From assembly GCA_002269645.1 (NCBI GenBank), contig NIVC01000729.1:139256-203255 (forward strand): DNA of 64,000 nt, written 5' to 3'. Position 1 is the stretch's first letter; every line of letters starts with the position of its first letter. The notes below the pieces were generated by a model. It searched no databases and had not been told where the DNA came from. It saw only the letters and a program-made list of their open reading frames with translations. This DNA comes from Macrostomum lignano. Lineage: Eukaryota. This document shows positions 52,041-63,817 of the stretch, piece by piece. Made by a program: the position numbers and the translations under genes.

Positions 52041-52808
52041 GGAATGGGTAGTGTGACAATGTCGCTTAAAGTGCACCAGGGTTCGCACAGACCCCTCTGC
52101 CTCTGATAGAAAGATCTCACAAGATTCGGTGTGACCGAAAATACACCTGAGCCCAGGCCAGTCTGCATTCCTGTGCTACTATTCGTGCCCCTAGTTAATG
52201 ATGCAGTCATTCTTTTGTAACTTTTAAGGAGCAGATTAAAAGTACTTTTTTGAGGTCCACATCGTTTCCTCGCAGATTCCAACCGGAGTGCTTCTTACAA
52301 CATTTGCAGTCAGCAACTTGAGCTGGCAAACATTCAACAACCAGATGACAACAGCAAAGGGTTGCAGCTTAGAGGGAAATATGATATGAGAGCCTTCTGC
52401 AGAGAAACCAGCAAAACTTGTGTTTCAGTATCAGTTTAAGTTTTAGCAAACATGGAGCATTCTCCCGGCTTTCACTTGTTCAAATGTGTTTAGCTAATAT
52501 TTAACGTTTTGTTGAAAAGATTTCAAGAATTTTTAGCTTTCGCTAGCAAGAATTATAACTATTTGTTGTTAATAAGGCGAATGCGACTCGGGTTGATTGC
52601 TGGATGTGTGCTTTGTAATTGTTGGCAGTATCTCACCTGGAGTGCCGGATTCCAAATGAAGCGAGTATGCTAGACAGACTCAGGTGTATTCTGTTAAATT
52701 GAGGTCACTTTTTATCAACATCGAATTTCGTGAGATCTTTCTATAAGAGACAGGGGGTGTGTTTGAACCCTGGCGCACTTTAAGCGACATTGTCACACTA
52801 CCCATTCC
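52041..52808. mobile_element. Non-autonomous DNA transposon/MITE-like element with about 110-bp imperfect terminal inverted repeats
   Basis: ggaatgggtagtgtgacaatgtcgcttaaagtgc...gatagaaagatctcac at 52041 has its reverse complement ending at 52808. No TSD identified. Confidence 0.65.
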
Positions 52809-52912
52809 CTAAGTCACACACAGGCACACTCGCACAGGAGTGTACAGCGGCCCTAACTTTAATTTATCGTTAGGCATGTACACTTCAAGTCCCGTGCCTT
52901 GGGGGTTGGCCC

Positions 52913-53065
52913 ATAGCTGCTGGCGACACTGGGGGACCTCACTGGGCGGCGCCAACCCTTCGTCCATAGCGACGCGTCGGCCGTTCAGGGATTAGCGGAA
53001 TGGGCGTTCGCGCCTTCCCGCTGTGTCCACCCGGGATAGCCCTGCAGCTAAGTCAAGTAAGTCAA
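52913..53065 (+). mobile_element. Short retroposed insertion (related LINE tail or SINE) with a 12-bp target-site duplication
   Basis: GGGGGTTGGCCC at 52901-52912 and 53066-53077. Ends cctgcagctaagtcaagtaagtcaa, like the 58407 copy. Confidence 0.7.
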
Positions 53066-53184
53066 GGGGGTTGGCCCTCAAGGGCGTTTGATTGCACGAG
53101 CAGAGCCAAGCCGAGATTTTAATTTAGCACTTGGAATCGAGCCTTGGCCACTGGCATATCAGAGCTACTTTGGGCTACGACGCC

Positions 53185-53378
53185 TTCTCCTGAATAGGGT
53201 TCTGCAATAGGCAACTTCGCTGGAGAAAATCCGCACTAGGAAATAATCCTTCTCCTGAATAGGGTTCTGCAATAGGCAACTTCGCTGGAGAAAATCCGCA
53301 CTAGGAAATAATCCTTCTCCTGAATAGGGTTCTGCAATAGGCAACTTCGGTGGAGAAAATCCGCACTAGGAAATAATG
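53185..53378. repeat. Triplicated 65-nt unit
   Basis: ttctcctgaatagggttctgcaataggcaacttcg... starts at 53185, 53250 and 53315. Confidence 0.93.
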
Positions 53379-53572
53379 CACTAAAGAGACACTAAAGAGA
53401 ATTTCCTTTGAGCTTTTCTATAGCTTTTCTATCTCTGGTAGAATATTGTGGGGTAAAATGACTTGTCTAACAATACATTTAGCAGCGAACGCCGGTCTTC
53501 AAAGCGAAATTGAATCGGCAATTGTAATTCAGTTAATTCAGCCGCAGTTGCTATGAAGTGCCTCGCGCGCGC

Positions 53573-54451
53573 TCAGCCACGCTGGTAGAGAGTCCAGTCG
53601 GTTCCGGTCAGGCTGGCTGGCGGGTAGACGAACGCCAGCAGGTGGCAGGCGAGCAGCCGCTGGGAGAAAACGGCGGCCTGGCAGTCGGCTCTGGCGCTGC
53701 ACTGGAGCAGGCAGTCGGCGTCAGACTGGGCAGCGGCGGGCCAGACGGAAGTCGATTCGGATTTCACCGGAGGGCTGGACTGTCGCACCACCGTGTAGGT
53801 GTTCCTGTCTGACACTGTTTAATTTGAAGTCAGACTTGTTTAGCATTTTGATAGTTCTGTGCCCAGCAACTGCCAACCCGCTATCTGATGATGTCATTGG
53901 TGTTTTTGATGCTAGACTTCATAAAATCTATTCCGTAAGTTGATATTGACATTTTGATGCTTCGTTGTTCCGTTGACATTTGAAATTTTGAGCTAGCTGT
54001 TGCTGAGCAATATTCAAGAGTTTCATAGAAAGTTGAGCAACTTACCGAGATAAGTCAGAGCAAAAACCGAGTTTCGCCGCGACCCACCGCAATTCTGCAG
54101 CGTATTTCCTGGACACGAGTAGTGGCAGTCGGTCTCGTTGGCTTTACCATAGGAACCGAAAGAGTTGCCGCAAAAGCACTGTCTGTAGTACTGCAGGCCG
54201 AAGTACGCAAAGCTGCCTAACGAGCAGATGCCGCTGCAGAACTCGTGCGTTGCCTCCCTACCGGTTTGCACGAAGCCGCCGGCAGCCACGCTAAATTGGC
54301 CGAACGTGCAGCTGGCGTTGAGACCGTTCAAATCTCTAGCACTGATTCTGTCCACATAGCAGCCCAGGTAAGAAAATTGAACGGATCTGCCAGCAACGTT
54401 AATGGTGAGAAGAGCGGCAAAGAAAATAAGTGGCGGTTTCGGGCGAACCAT
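53573..54451 (-). CDS. Secreted WSC + PAN/apple domain protein, copy A (213 aa)
   Basis: Exon 1 54451-54046: signal peptide MVRPKPPLIFFAALLTINVAG plus 8-Cys WSC (YLGCYVD...FCSGIC...YFGLQYYRQCFCG...DCHYSCPG...NCGG...NSVF). Phase-1 intron (gtaag...tcag). Exon 2 53808-53573: PAN motif C-x3-C-x5-C-x11-C, ends YQRG*. Confidence 0.88.
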
Positions 54452-55389
54452 ATCTCTGAACACTGGGTGATTTGGTGATTAGAAGGTATCTTAGGGAAGT
54501 TGACATGTGCAGCTCACAGTTTTTTTGGTCCTACGTTTGCTTCTTTGGATCCAATAGTATTGAGTCAATTTTTCACAATGGCAAAATTTCTTTCAACCAA
54601 TAGAGGTTTAAGAGAACTTTCTCATTGGCCATATTTGATACGAAGAAATTTACTTATGTAGTGAGCCAATAGATTAGCCTGCTAGGTGAATCGGTAGTTG
54701 AACTCAAATTCGTGCGAAAATCTGTTATAAGTGACGAAACGTAACTGGAAAACAACAAACAAACGACGAAGGAGGAGTTAAAATGAGTCTAATAACTTTA
54801 GTCACTTGGACAGTTTCCAACAGGTATATTTACAGCTAATAGTACTCAATACAATACATGATGTTGCCAAACACATAATTTTTATATACTCACATGTATA
54901 CCATAGAAATTCGAAATGCGACTCATCCCTTTTAAATATCTCGTCCAGGGCCCCCTAGTTCGATTGGATGATCAATGAGTACTGATCAAGGAGAGTTTGT
55001 TTGTTTGCTTTCGCTTGTTGAGCAGCTTCTTTTTGAGCATGCTAAGGTTCGAAGCCTTAAACTATGTGTCCGCTTTGTCCCTCTCATTGATTGTTCTCGG
55101 CTTTAAAAGTGAGTTTTTTTACCTATATATAACGTGAAATAATTCCTGTGACAGTTTTTCGCCATTTTCCGTGTCCATTTTCAAACGCAGTAAGAATGTT
55201 TCACAGGAGTTATTACCTAAAACTACTTCCGGTGAAGCTCCTCAGACTATAAGTACGGACTCCCATAGGCTTGTTTCCGTCAGGCGCTTAATCCGAGCAA
55301 CACCTTTCGTTCTGACTAAGCTTCCATTTGATCCACTGTTGATCTGCACACTTCTGAAAATTTCTGCTTAGAAACTAAAAAAACATTTG

Positions 55390-55953
55390 CTCCCAACGCC
55401 ATTGTCACCACTCGGATCAACCAGTGGGTGGCGTCAAAGCACAGGGAGAGGTAGACTAACGCGCCCGACTGCCGGCAATTCCGCGCGGCTTTTCCCTGTC
55501 CTTCATCTGCCATGCGCAAGGCCCTGCTTGGACTCAACCGCAGGGACATCAGGGTGGTGACCATGGCCCTCTCGGGTCATGGATGTTTTGCTAGGCATCG
55601 TTACCTCAAGGGGAAAATCCGTAGCGAGAAATTCCCCTTCTGCCTCTGCGGTGCCTCTCCGGTGAATGCGGAGCACTTAACCTGAGAATGCCCCGCCTTT
55701 ACTCAGGACAGGCTCACCTACCTCGGCCCAAACCCGGACCTCTCCGACGTTTTCAGGCCCGACAATCTCTGCCAGCTCGTCCGCTACCTAAGGGCTACCG
55801 GACGAGCGACTATTCATCTCCTGGACTCTCCGAAGGGGGACCGCGCTGCGGACACCGGCACCACCGGATCTCCCTGCGCGACACCGCAGCACCAGCTCCC
55901 CGTGGTCGCCAGGGGTTAGCGAAATGGACGGTAACGTCTCCTCGCTGCATCCG
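55390..55953 (+). mobile_element. Decayed 3' end of a non-LTR retrotransposon (LOA/R1/I-like, post-RNase H CCHC region)
   Basis: Translates with two in-frame stops as ...[25 protein letters not shown]...(C>F)PFC...NAEHLT*ECPAF...RLTYLG, the typical C-terminal zinc-knuckle region of these clades. Confidence 0.75.
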
Positions 55954-56470
55954 ATAACTGCACGATGTGCGAACTTCCACAGGCACAACAGACCTGAAGG
56001 AACTGGTGGCAGGGCCAAACTACATCCCAAGCTTCAGCTTAGAACGAACTCATAAACAGGACGTTGAGTTAGGCGCCGAGCAAGCTTATAATTAGCCTAG
56101 ATTTTAAAAAGACACTGCTAACTATGCGTAGTGCCTTAAATGCGAGCGTAAAATAACGAAAAACACAACATAAAAATTTCTTAAATTCATAAACTTTGAT
56201 TATATACCCACTTTCAGTGATCTTTGTTCTCATTATTAATCATCCGGATCGTTTGATAGCAGAGCAATGAACTGACTACTGACTAACAACGACCATTGCT
56301 ACTGTGACTGCTAAAGTAGTATGTGTTGATCATACTTCAAATAGGTTTCATTTTCAAGATCCTGTGATGCCATGCACTTAGTAACTCAGAGTTTATTTTA
56401 GCAAAATGATTGTCCAAAGTTAGTTCGAATGTCTAAAACTCCAGCTCAAAACTCTAACATGTCGAGGCCA

Positions 56471-57205
56471 TCAGGCGCGGGGGAAGAACTCCCCAGTCAC
56501 GTTCGCCAGAGATGGCGGCACTCCAGCGAACGGCAGCAGGTAGCACAGGCGCTGATGCTGCGAGAACACCACAGCCTGACATTCGTCGGTTGAGGTGCAC
56601 TCAATCAGGCAGGTGACCAGCTGCTCAGATTTGATGCTGCGGTAAGCTTGTCGGGGGAAAGAATCTCCGACAGTGAAGCTGGCGCGATCCACAGGGATGT
56701 TGAAGCTTTTCATTGCTGAAAATTGATAGGAGCCATGACTTTTGTGCAGTGTTCTGGTAGTATTTAAAAAAATAAAGAGTCACTCACACAAATACGTCTG
56801 AGAGTAGACAGAGTTTCGATTTCGACTGCCGCAGATCTCGCTTGGTTGACCGGCGCAGGTCATGTTGCATTCGGCTTGGTTGGCCGCTCCTTGGGAGCCG
56901 TACGACAGCCCGCAGTAGCACTCCTTGCCGTACTGCAGGCCGAAGTACGGGAAGCCGCCCAGAGAGCAGATGCGGCTGCACAGCTCCAGCGTCATGGACA
57001 TCAAGGAGACGCAGCCAATGGAGAGCATGGAGAACTCGGCCAGGCTCTGCACTCCCCGCAGTCCGTGAAGGTCCCTAGTATCGTTCGTCGCGTCCACGTA
57101 GCATCCGCGATACTCAAAACGGGCGAGTCTCCCAGTAGCGCCCAGAAGCAAGAGGCTCAGGAACAGTGCCACAAAGATCAGTTGCCAGTTTCTCAATGCC
57201 TTCAT
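56471..57205 (-). CDS. Secreted WSC + PAN/apple domain protein, copy B (220 aa)
   Basis: Exon 1 57205-56788 (MKALRNWQLIFVALFLSLLLLGATG + WSC), 72-nt phase-1 intron gtgagt...ttcag, exon 2 56715-56471 (TCLIECTSTDECQAVVFSQHQRLCYLL...FFPRA*). Confidence 0.9.
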
Positions 57206-58406
57206 GGTCTCCAGTGACAAGCAGCAGCGCTGAGTTTTGTGCTGTTTTTCCGGAAAAGCTTCTGTCAAATCAGCTCGGCTATGATCAAGCGAATTTATCC
57301 CCAAAAGCCGAATGAGTGAAGTGCAGGACACGGTAAACAATTCAAGCTAACTGGCTGAGTTTGTGAAAGGCGATGGATGGATAGAAAATTCCGATAATGA
57401 AAAGCAAATAGTTCCAATCAACTCAACCTGACGTATATGCTAATGAAAGACTGATTAAAATATCTGCTGTATATTTGTAGTTGAGAGGCCTAAAAGCCAG
57501 ACTTGTGCAACCCACTCTATCAGCTCGAATGCTTGCTTCACACGTGTGTCAATATTTCTAAGTTGCCGGGACCTGATGCTAATGAATATTGAGTGTGGCA
57601 GTCATCACATTTAACTGATGTGCTGAAATAAATAATGTTGTACGATCCCCGATTCGCCTAAAAGCAAATTTGAATGAAAGGTCGCTTGATTTGCAAGATT
57701 AGTATAAAATGGACCTCGAGTATTCAGACTTTGAAGTCGCCGATGGGACACAGAGAAGCATGTCCCACCCCAGTAAATGCTGTGGGAGACATGCCATCAC
57801 TTTATTGACCGAAAACAACCTCTTAAACTTACACAGCCTAATGGAAATCTAACAACATTTTAGCACGGGGAGCCAAAAGCATCAAAGAAGTATTGAACGC
57901 TGTAGCAATCTGGCCTATAATGTATGATGCGGCAGCGGTAGGCCGGACTGAAGTTCTTCAAGGCGTCACTGAAGTCACTCAACAATCGGACTGCTTCACC
58001 GCTATGAGGGTGCTTCTGTATGAGACTGTTTTTTACCTGTAGTGGTGAGGTTCAATAGGTCATTCATTGTAGTTACTGTAGTTAGTTGACTTTACATGTG
58101 TATTTAAGCCAAAGGTCAACTTGGTCAAAACGCGTCAGTTACTTGATCTATATCAGTTGTCGGATTTTATTTGTAGTATCAAAAGAATACACGTTTAAGT
58201 GAGTTTTAGAGACATCATGACGCTGTAAAATGTAGCTGGGATTATACGGATATGGTTGCACATGCTAGATTGCGTGAGAAAGTACTCTGAAACTCGCCTA
58301 TCTATTCTGTGTACCCTCGTAAATGAAGAGATTGGATGCATGACACTAAACGTTTCGCATTAAAGACAAACAAATGGATTTGACCTGGGTGACGTCTGAG
58401 GATTCT

Positions 58407-58690
58407 TTGACTTGACTTAATTGAGTCAGCTGCAGGGGGTTCCGGGCATCCGGATGCAGCGAGGAGGCGCTGCCGCACATTCCGCTTACCCCTGGCGACC
58501 ACGGGCAGCTGGTGCTGCGGTGTCGCGCAGGGAGATCCGGTAGTGCCGGTGTTCGCAGCGCGGTCCTCCTCCGGCGAGTCCAAGAAGTGGATTGTCACTC
58601 GCCCGGTAGCCCTTAGGTAGCGGACTAGCTGGCAGAAGAGGTTCGGGTTTGGGCCGAGGTAGGTGAGCGTGTCTTCGGTGAATGCGCCGC
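58407..58690 (-). mobile_element. Second 5'-truncated copy of the same LINE 3' end with (AAGTC)-type tail
   Basis: Reverse complement aligns to about 55700-55953 (ctcacctacctcggcccaaacccg...gcgcgacaccgcagcaccagct...ctcgctgcatccg) and ends cctgcagctgactcaattaagtcaagtcaa. Confidence 0.8.
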
Positions 58691-58804
58691 TGTGAACTCT
58701 AACCTAAACCATAATCCTAATCGTAGAGTTACATCTACGAGCGTATAGACAAGTGCATAATTATATCGGGTTACTCATGAAAAGTGATCTGTAAATGGGT
58801 CGCC

Positions 58805-59002
58805 ATCATAAACCGAAATATCACTAACCCGAAATATCACTAACCCGAAATATCGCAAACTCGAAATATAACTCCAAAATTACTAGCAGGGCCCATCACA
58901 AACCCAAAATACCATAACTCTGAAAACCAAAATAGTATTGGGCATTGCTTGAACTTTCGGAGTTATGATATTTCGGGTTTGTGATATTTAGAGTTTATGA
59001 TG
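58805..59002. repeat. Small inverted-repeat element with internal AACCCGAAATATCACT repeats
   Basis: catcataaaccgaaatatcac...tataactcc at left; ggagttatgatatttcgggtttgtgatatt...tttatgatg at right. Confidence 0.55.
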
Positions 59003-61003
59003 TGCGTTGCTATTTGTTTTTGCTATTAGTTATTAGTTAGTTGCTATTAGTTAATAATATTTTGGGTTTATGATGAAAAGCGCTTTTCGGAGTTGTAAAT
59101 TTTCAACAACAACTCCCCCTGGAGTTGTAAATCACAGGGGGGTTTGTGATGCCCCTGTAAAATATGACTGTTGTAGTCATCGTATGTCCTTGAAATTTAA
59201 GCAAAAAGAACCCATGAGTACGTGAACAATTGCTTCTTTTGCATCTCTAAGACAAGTTTTGTGCGGAAGCAGTGGAAATTTGTCTATGGGTATTTGTCTT
59301 TATGCAATTGTCTATGGAAATTTGTCCATGGGTATTTATTTGTCCATAGGCCTTTGTCTATGAGTATTTGTCTGTAGGCAATTGTCTATGGAAATTTGTC
59401 AATAGGTGATGTTCATGTTACTGTGGCTTTTCCTCTTTGCGCCTACCAAAACTGAGCACAAAATTGAACAAATGAAATGAAGGCAGTCAGACAGGTAAAT
59501 ATACTCATTCAACTTGGTCCATCAAGGCTCCATTTTCATCACTAAAAATTACATTACCTATAGTAGTCTAAACAAGAAATGGTTTTCTAAAAATAAAAAA
59601 AATAAAAAATAAAAAAGTAAAATCAAAATATTTTACTACTCCACAGACCAGGGAGTTCTTCCATTGACTCAGCTATTTATCTGTAGCTGCAGTCTATCGA
59701 GTCAAGTAAGTGAATCGATTGAGGCGGCAATCAATGAAATGGGATTTTCTCTTTTTTCCAATTTCAAATTTCAAGGTCTTCCCACTTTCAGCTCAGCTCC
59801 TGACGTCTGTCTCTGAGACAGCAAAAACCTCTGAACTTCGGTGACTGTCGTGCGAGACAGGTTGGTCGTGCGATTCACACCAACGATAGGAAGGTCGGGG
59901 CCGCTTGTACACCTTGTGTGAGCGTGAGTATGAGTGCGTGTCTGCGTACAGTATTGATGCGTTTGTAAGCGCTCAGGAGACAGCGGAATGAGCAGAATTG
60001 TCGTCAGAGCAGCTTGCGGGACAATGTCTCCGAAGGCGCTGCGCCAGAATGTCCACGGCTATCCTGCAAATGTTTTTTAGCTGCAGCTTGCTTCGAGAAA
60101 CAGAATTTTCGAGCTACTCTTTGACAACCTATTTAAACAAAGGTTAGTTGACAAACTGCAAAGAGGTGATGCTTTTGATGCTTAAGTCTCACGATCTTAA
60201 GAAGGCTGCTCACTGCTGATTACACTCCGGAAACTGATTGACAGCAGAAAACTCTAAAGCACTACTTCACAATTCAAAGCAATTCTCAATTCCAGAGTCA
60301 AGTATCCATGTTACTAGATTATTGTTATAAAATAATTCAATTGAGCATTTCTCAATTGATTCGAATTAAAAGCTGAATTGAGTGAAATCGATTACCTAAC
60401 TGACGTTCGAATTTAACAGCAGTGAAATTATTGTTTCGAGGCATGGACTCCTAGATTCTCCTAGGTGCTTAAATATAGTCCTCCATGTTCTAGGGCGCAC
60501 TTGTTGAACCCGGCTTTCGGAGGAACAAAAAATTCCTAGTGAAATTAAATGGGCCGGTGTTTCGTCTGTCAGGCTGGAAGAAAAACAACCACCGGGGCCA
60601 GGGACCAACCACACTAATTAACTGGAATTGACCTCTACTTACACCCCTAAGCATATCTTATGCAGTTAGAAAATTGGTCAATATTTAATTTTTGAAAAAT
60701 CCCAACGTAGATGGGCACAGGCAAACAAAACAGCACACTGGAAAGTCCACCGGTTAATTAATTAACAATTATTTTAGGTAAAATATGCAGAAACTGACTC
60801 TGTAGAAGCTTTGGATCCAACAAACGCCGTTTTACTTAAATATGCACTGATCAAACACAGAACGCCAAAAAGCATTTTCCACCTGACTCTTGTCGAGTGG
60901 TGTGTTTCCGTATTGGTTGGTGAAAAACTCAAGCAAGCTGAAAGGGACTAGTGGCGCTTTGGAATGTTAGATTGATCGAAAACGAGACTGTTTCAAAGCG
61001 AGC

Positions 61004-61721
61004 TCAGCCGCGCTCAAAGAAGTCTCCATCGGTGCTGCTCAGACTGGCAGGCGGGTAGGCGAATCTCAGCAAGTGGCACAGGCGCTGCTGGCCAGAGTAA
61101 ATCACAGCCTGGCAGTCAGCTGAGGCCTCGCACAGCCCCATGCACTCGACGTCGGATCGGGTAGCGCTGGTCCAATAAGTGCTCTGGGTGGACTCCACCG
61201 TCTGGTTGGGCCTCTGCGACGGCTCAAAATACTTACTATCTACAAAATGTACATAAGATTTTACAAAATTGGCCGAACTTTGGTTTGAAAAGCCCAACAA
61301 AATGTCGTAATGAAGAAGGCAGACTCACTTGGATAGGTCAAAGCAAACACAGAGTTGCGCCACGTGCCACCGCATTTAGAAGCTCCGTTTCCAGCGCAGA
61401 CGCGGTTGCAGTCGCTCTCGCTAGCAGCTCCAGAGATCCGTAGGAGGTGCCGCAGAAGCACTCTCTACCGATTTGCACACCGAAGTACGGGAAGCCGCCC
61501 AGAGAGCAGAGGCTGCTGCAGAGCTCGTGCGTCATATTAGCACTGCTCAGCATGAGGCGGCCGGTGTTGAAATGCCCGATTCTGCTTACTCCGGTGAGTC
61601 CTCTCAGGTCTCGGCCTCCGTTGTCCACAAAGCAGCCAATGTAGGACACCTGAGTTACCCTACGGGCAGCACAAAGCACTGGGACGGCGAGACCCACAAT
61701 GCAGACGATTGTTTTGAGCAT
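61004..61721 (-). pseudogene. WSC + PAN/apple gene copy C with a 1-nt deletion frameshift at about 61432 (pseudogene or sequencing error)
   Basis: Exon 1 61721-61329, 89-nt phase-1 intron, exon 2 61239-61004. Spliced length is 629 nt, one short of a multiple of 3. WSC reads ...CFCGTSYGS in one frame and GAASESDCNRVCAG...KCGG in another. Confidence 0.8.
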
Positions 61722-61799
61722 AGTTACTTGGGTAGATGGGATTTCAGTTCTCCTGTTGCTCATAGGAGCGTAGGAAGAGATGAAAACTGCAGTGCTTGC

Positions 61800-61806
61800 T
61801 TTTATA
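61800..61806 (-). promoter_or_regulatory. Candidate TATA box (TATAAAA) of WSC-PAN copy C
   Basis: ttttata on + strand, about 80 nt upstream of the copy C ATG. Confidence 0.35.
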
Positions 61807-62039
61807 CCGATTTTTAAAAATGATCTGGTTGGATAAAAACCAGTGCACTAATGAGCGCAATGCATTAGTTCCAGTAGCTTATGTAGCTTCTAAGAGTAAT
61901 TTTAACTTTACTTGATGATATTTTCTGAGCAGCCAGCTGCTCCCAGACTCTAATTTAGATGCCAGCAAATAAAAAACAATTCTCATTTAATGTTTGCTTT
62001 CTCGAAATGCTTATTCAAGAAACCAACTCCCACTGTAAA

Positions 62040-62992
62040 GACCCTGTTGCTAAAGTCCCTGTTGCTAAAGACCCTGTTGCTAAAGCCCCTGGTACTAAAG
62101 ATCCCGACGCTAAAGCCCCGTTGCTAAAGATCCTGACGCTAAAGCCCCTTTTGCTAAAAACCCTGGCGCTGAAGCCCCTGTTTCTAAAGACCCTGGCGCT
62201 AAAGCCCCTGTTGTTAAGACCTGGCGCTAAAGCCCCTGTTGCTAAAGACCCTGACGCTAAAGCCCCTGGTACTAAAGATCCTGACGCTAAAGCCCCGTTG
62301 ATAAAGATCCTGGCGCTAAAGCCACTGTTGCCAAAGATCCTGGCGCTAAAACCCCGTTGCCAAAGATCCTGGCGCTAAAGCCCCTTCTGCTAAAGACCCT
62401 GGCGCTAAAGCCCCTGTTTCTAAAGACCCTGGCGCTAAAGCCCCTGTTGCTAAAGACTCTGGCGCCAAAGCCCCATTGATAAAGATCCTGGCGCTAAAGC
62501 CCCTGTTGCCAAAGATCCTGGCGCTAAAACCCTGTTGCTAAAGATCCTGGCGCTAAAGCCCCTGTTTCTAAAGACCCTGACGCTAAAGCCCCTGGTACTA
62601 AAGAACCTGGCGCTAAAGCCCCTGTTTCTAAAGATCCTGGCGCTAAAGCCCCTGTTGCCAAAGATCCTGGCGCTAAAACCCTGTTGCTAAAGATCCTGGC
62701 GCTAAAGCCCCTGTTTCTAAAGACCCTGGCGCTAAAGCCCCTGGTACTAAAGAACCTGGCGCTAAAGCCCCTGTTTCTAAAGACCCTGGCGCTAAAGCCC
62801 CTGTTTCTAAAGACCCTGGCGCTAAAGCCCCTGTTTCTAAAGACCCTGGCGCTAAAGCCCCTGTTTCTAAATACCCTGACGCTAAAGCCCCTGTTGCTAA
62901 GGTCCCTGGCACTAAAGCCCCTGTTGCTAAGGTCCCTGGCGCTAAAGCCCCTGTTGCTAAAGACCTAGGTGCTAAAGCCCCTGTTGCTGAGG
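62040..62992. repeat. 30-nt (2 x 15) minisatellite (ggcgctaaagcccctgtttctaaagaccct)
   Basis: Direct inspection. Confidence 0.95.
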
Positions 62993-63211
62993 CATTTTTG
63001 AATTAATCCAATAATTTTTCGATCGGGTACGCCAGAAGTTCGGCTCTGCTCACGGTACGGGCAATAAGTTACTAAGTAAACATAATTTACGTCAGCTTCT
63101 AGTTGTCCACGGGCTTGGCTATCTTGAAAAGAAAAGAGTCGAAGGTCAGCGGCGGAATGAACACCCAGTCAGGGAGATAGATATATTTACGTCAATTCAA
63201 ACTTAATTACG

Positions 63212-63250
<39 letters not shown>
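63212..63250. repeat. (GATT)n microsatellite
   Basis: Direct inspection. Confidence 0.9.
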
Positions 63251-63252
<2 letters not shown>

Positions 63253-63817
63253 AACAAAGGCCGGGTAAAAAAGTATCTTAGCTTACTATGGTGCAAGTCA
63301 ACCACTTTGTACTGAGCACTGTCAATAAGACTTCAATTCCGGATCACCCATTGAACATAATGCGTAGCTCGCAGGCTACCATTTTCTTGATTTCTTCAAG
63401 TGCAAGTCAGGGGCAGCGAGTAATAATAACGATAGAAAGTTAGAGTGCTACTTTACACTAACAAAACCACGGCAGGACGAAGAGAGGGCCCGTCAGAGGG
63501 TAATAACAGAGGAGAAAACAAAAATGACAGCAAACGATATCGAGACACGTTCAAGTCTCAACGTCAGCCAAAACCGACTCACAACATATGCAACTGACCA
63601 GTTAAGTATGTAGAAAAATGATAGAGCTGCCTAAAAGGCACTAGATTAGTCAGAATGCTATCTACTAAGATTTTCATATTTCGCCAATACATTGAATCAT
63701 GTCTTAGATTTCTCAATCAAAAAAGGTGAAAATATTATTTTCCAGAATTCAATTTTTCAAGGATTGACAGTACTTGCATCATCTGCTGCCATCCAGTTTC
63801 CATGCAGTGTCCCGCGT

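Noticed and set aside
59780-60070. GC-richer patch between WSC-PAN copies B and C as another paralogue
   Set aside because: No WSC or PAN cysteine pattern in the frames I checked, and only short open frames.
61959-62968. KDP(G/D)AKAP repeat ORFs
   Set aside because: 30-nt minisatellite with frame breaks and no supporting start or splice context.
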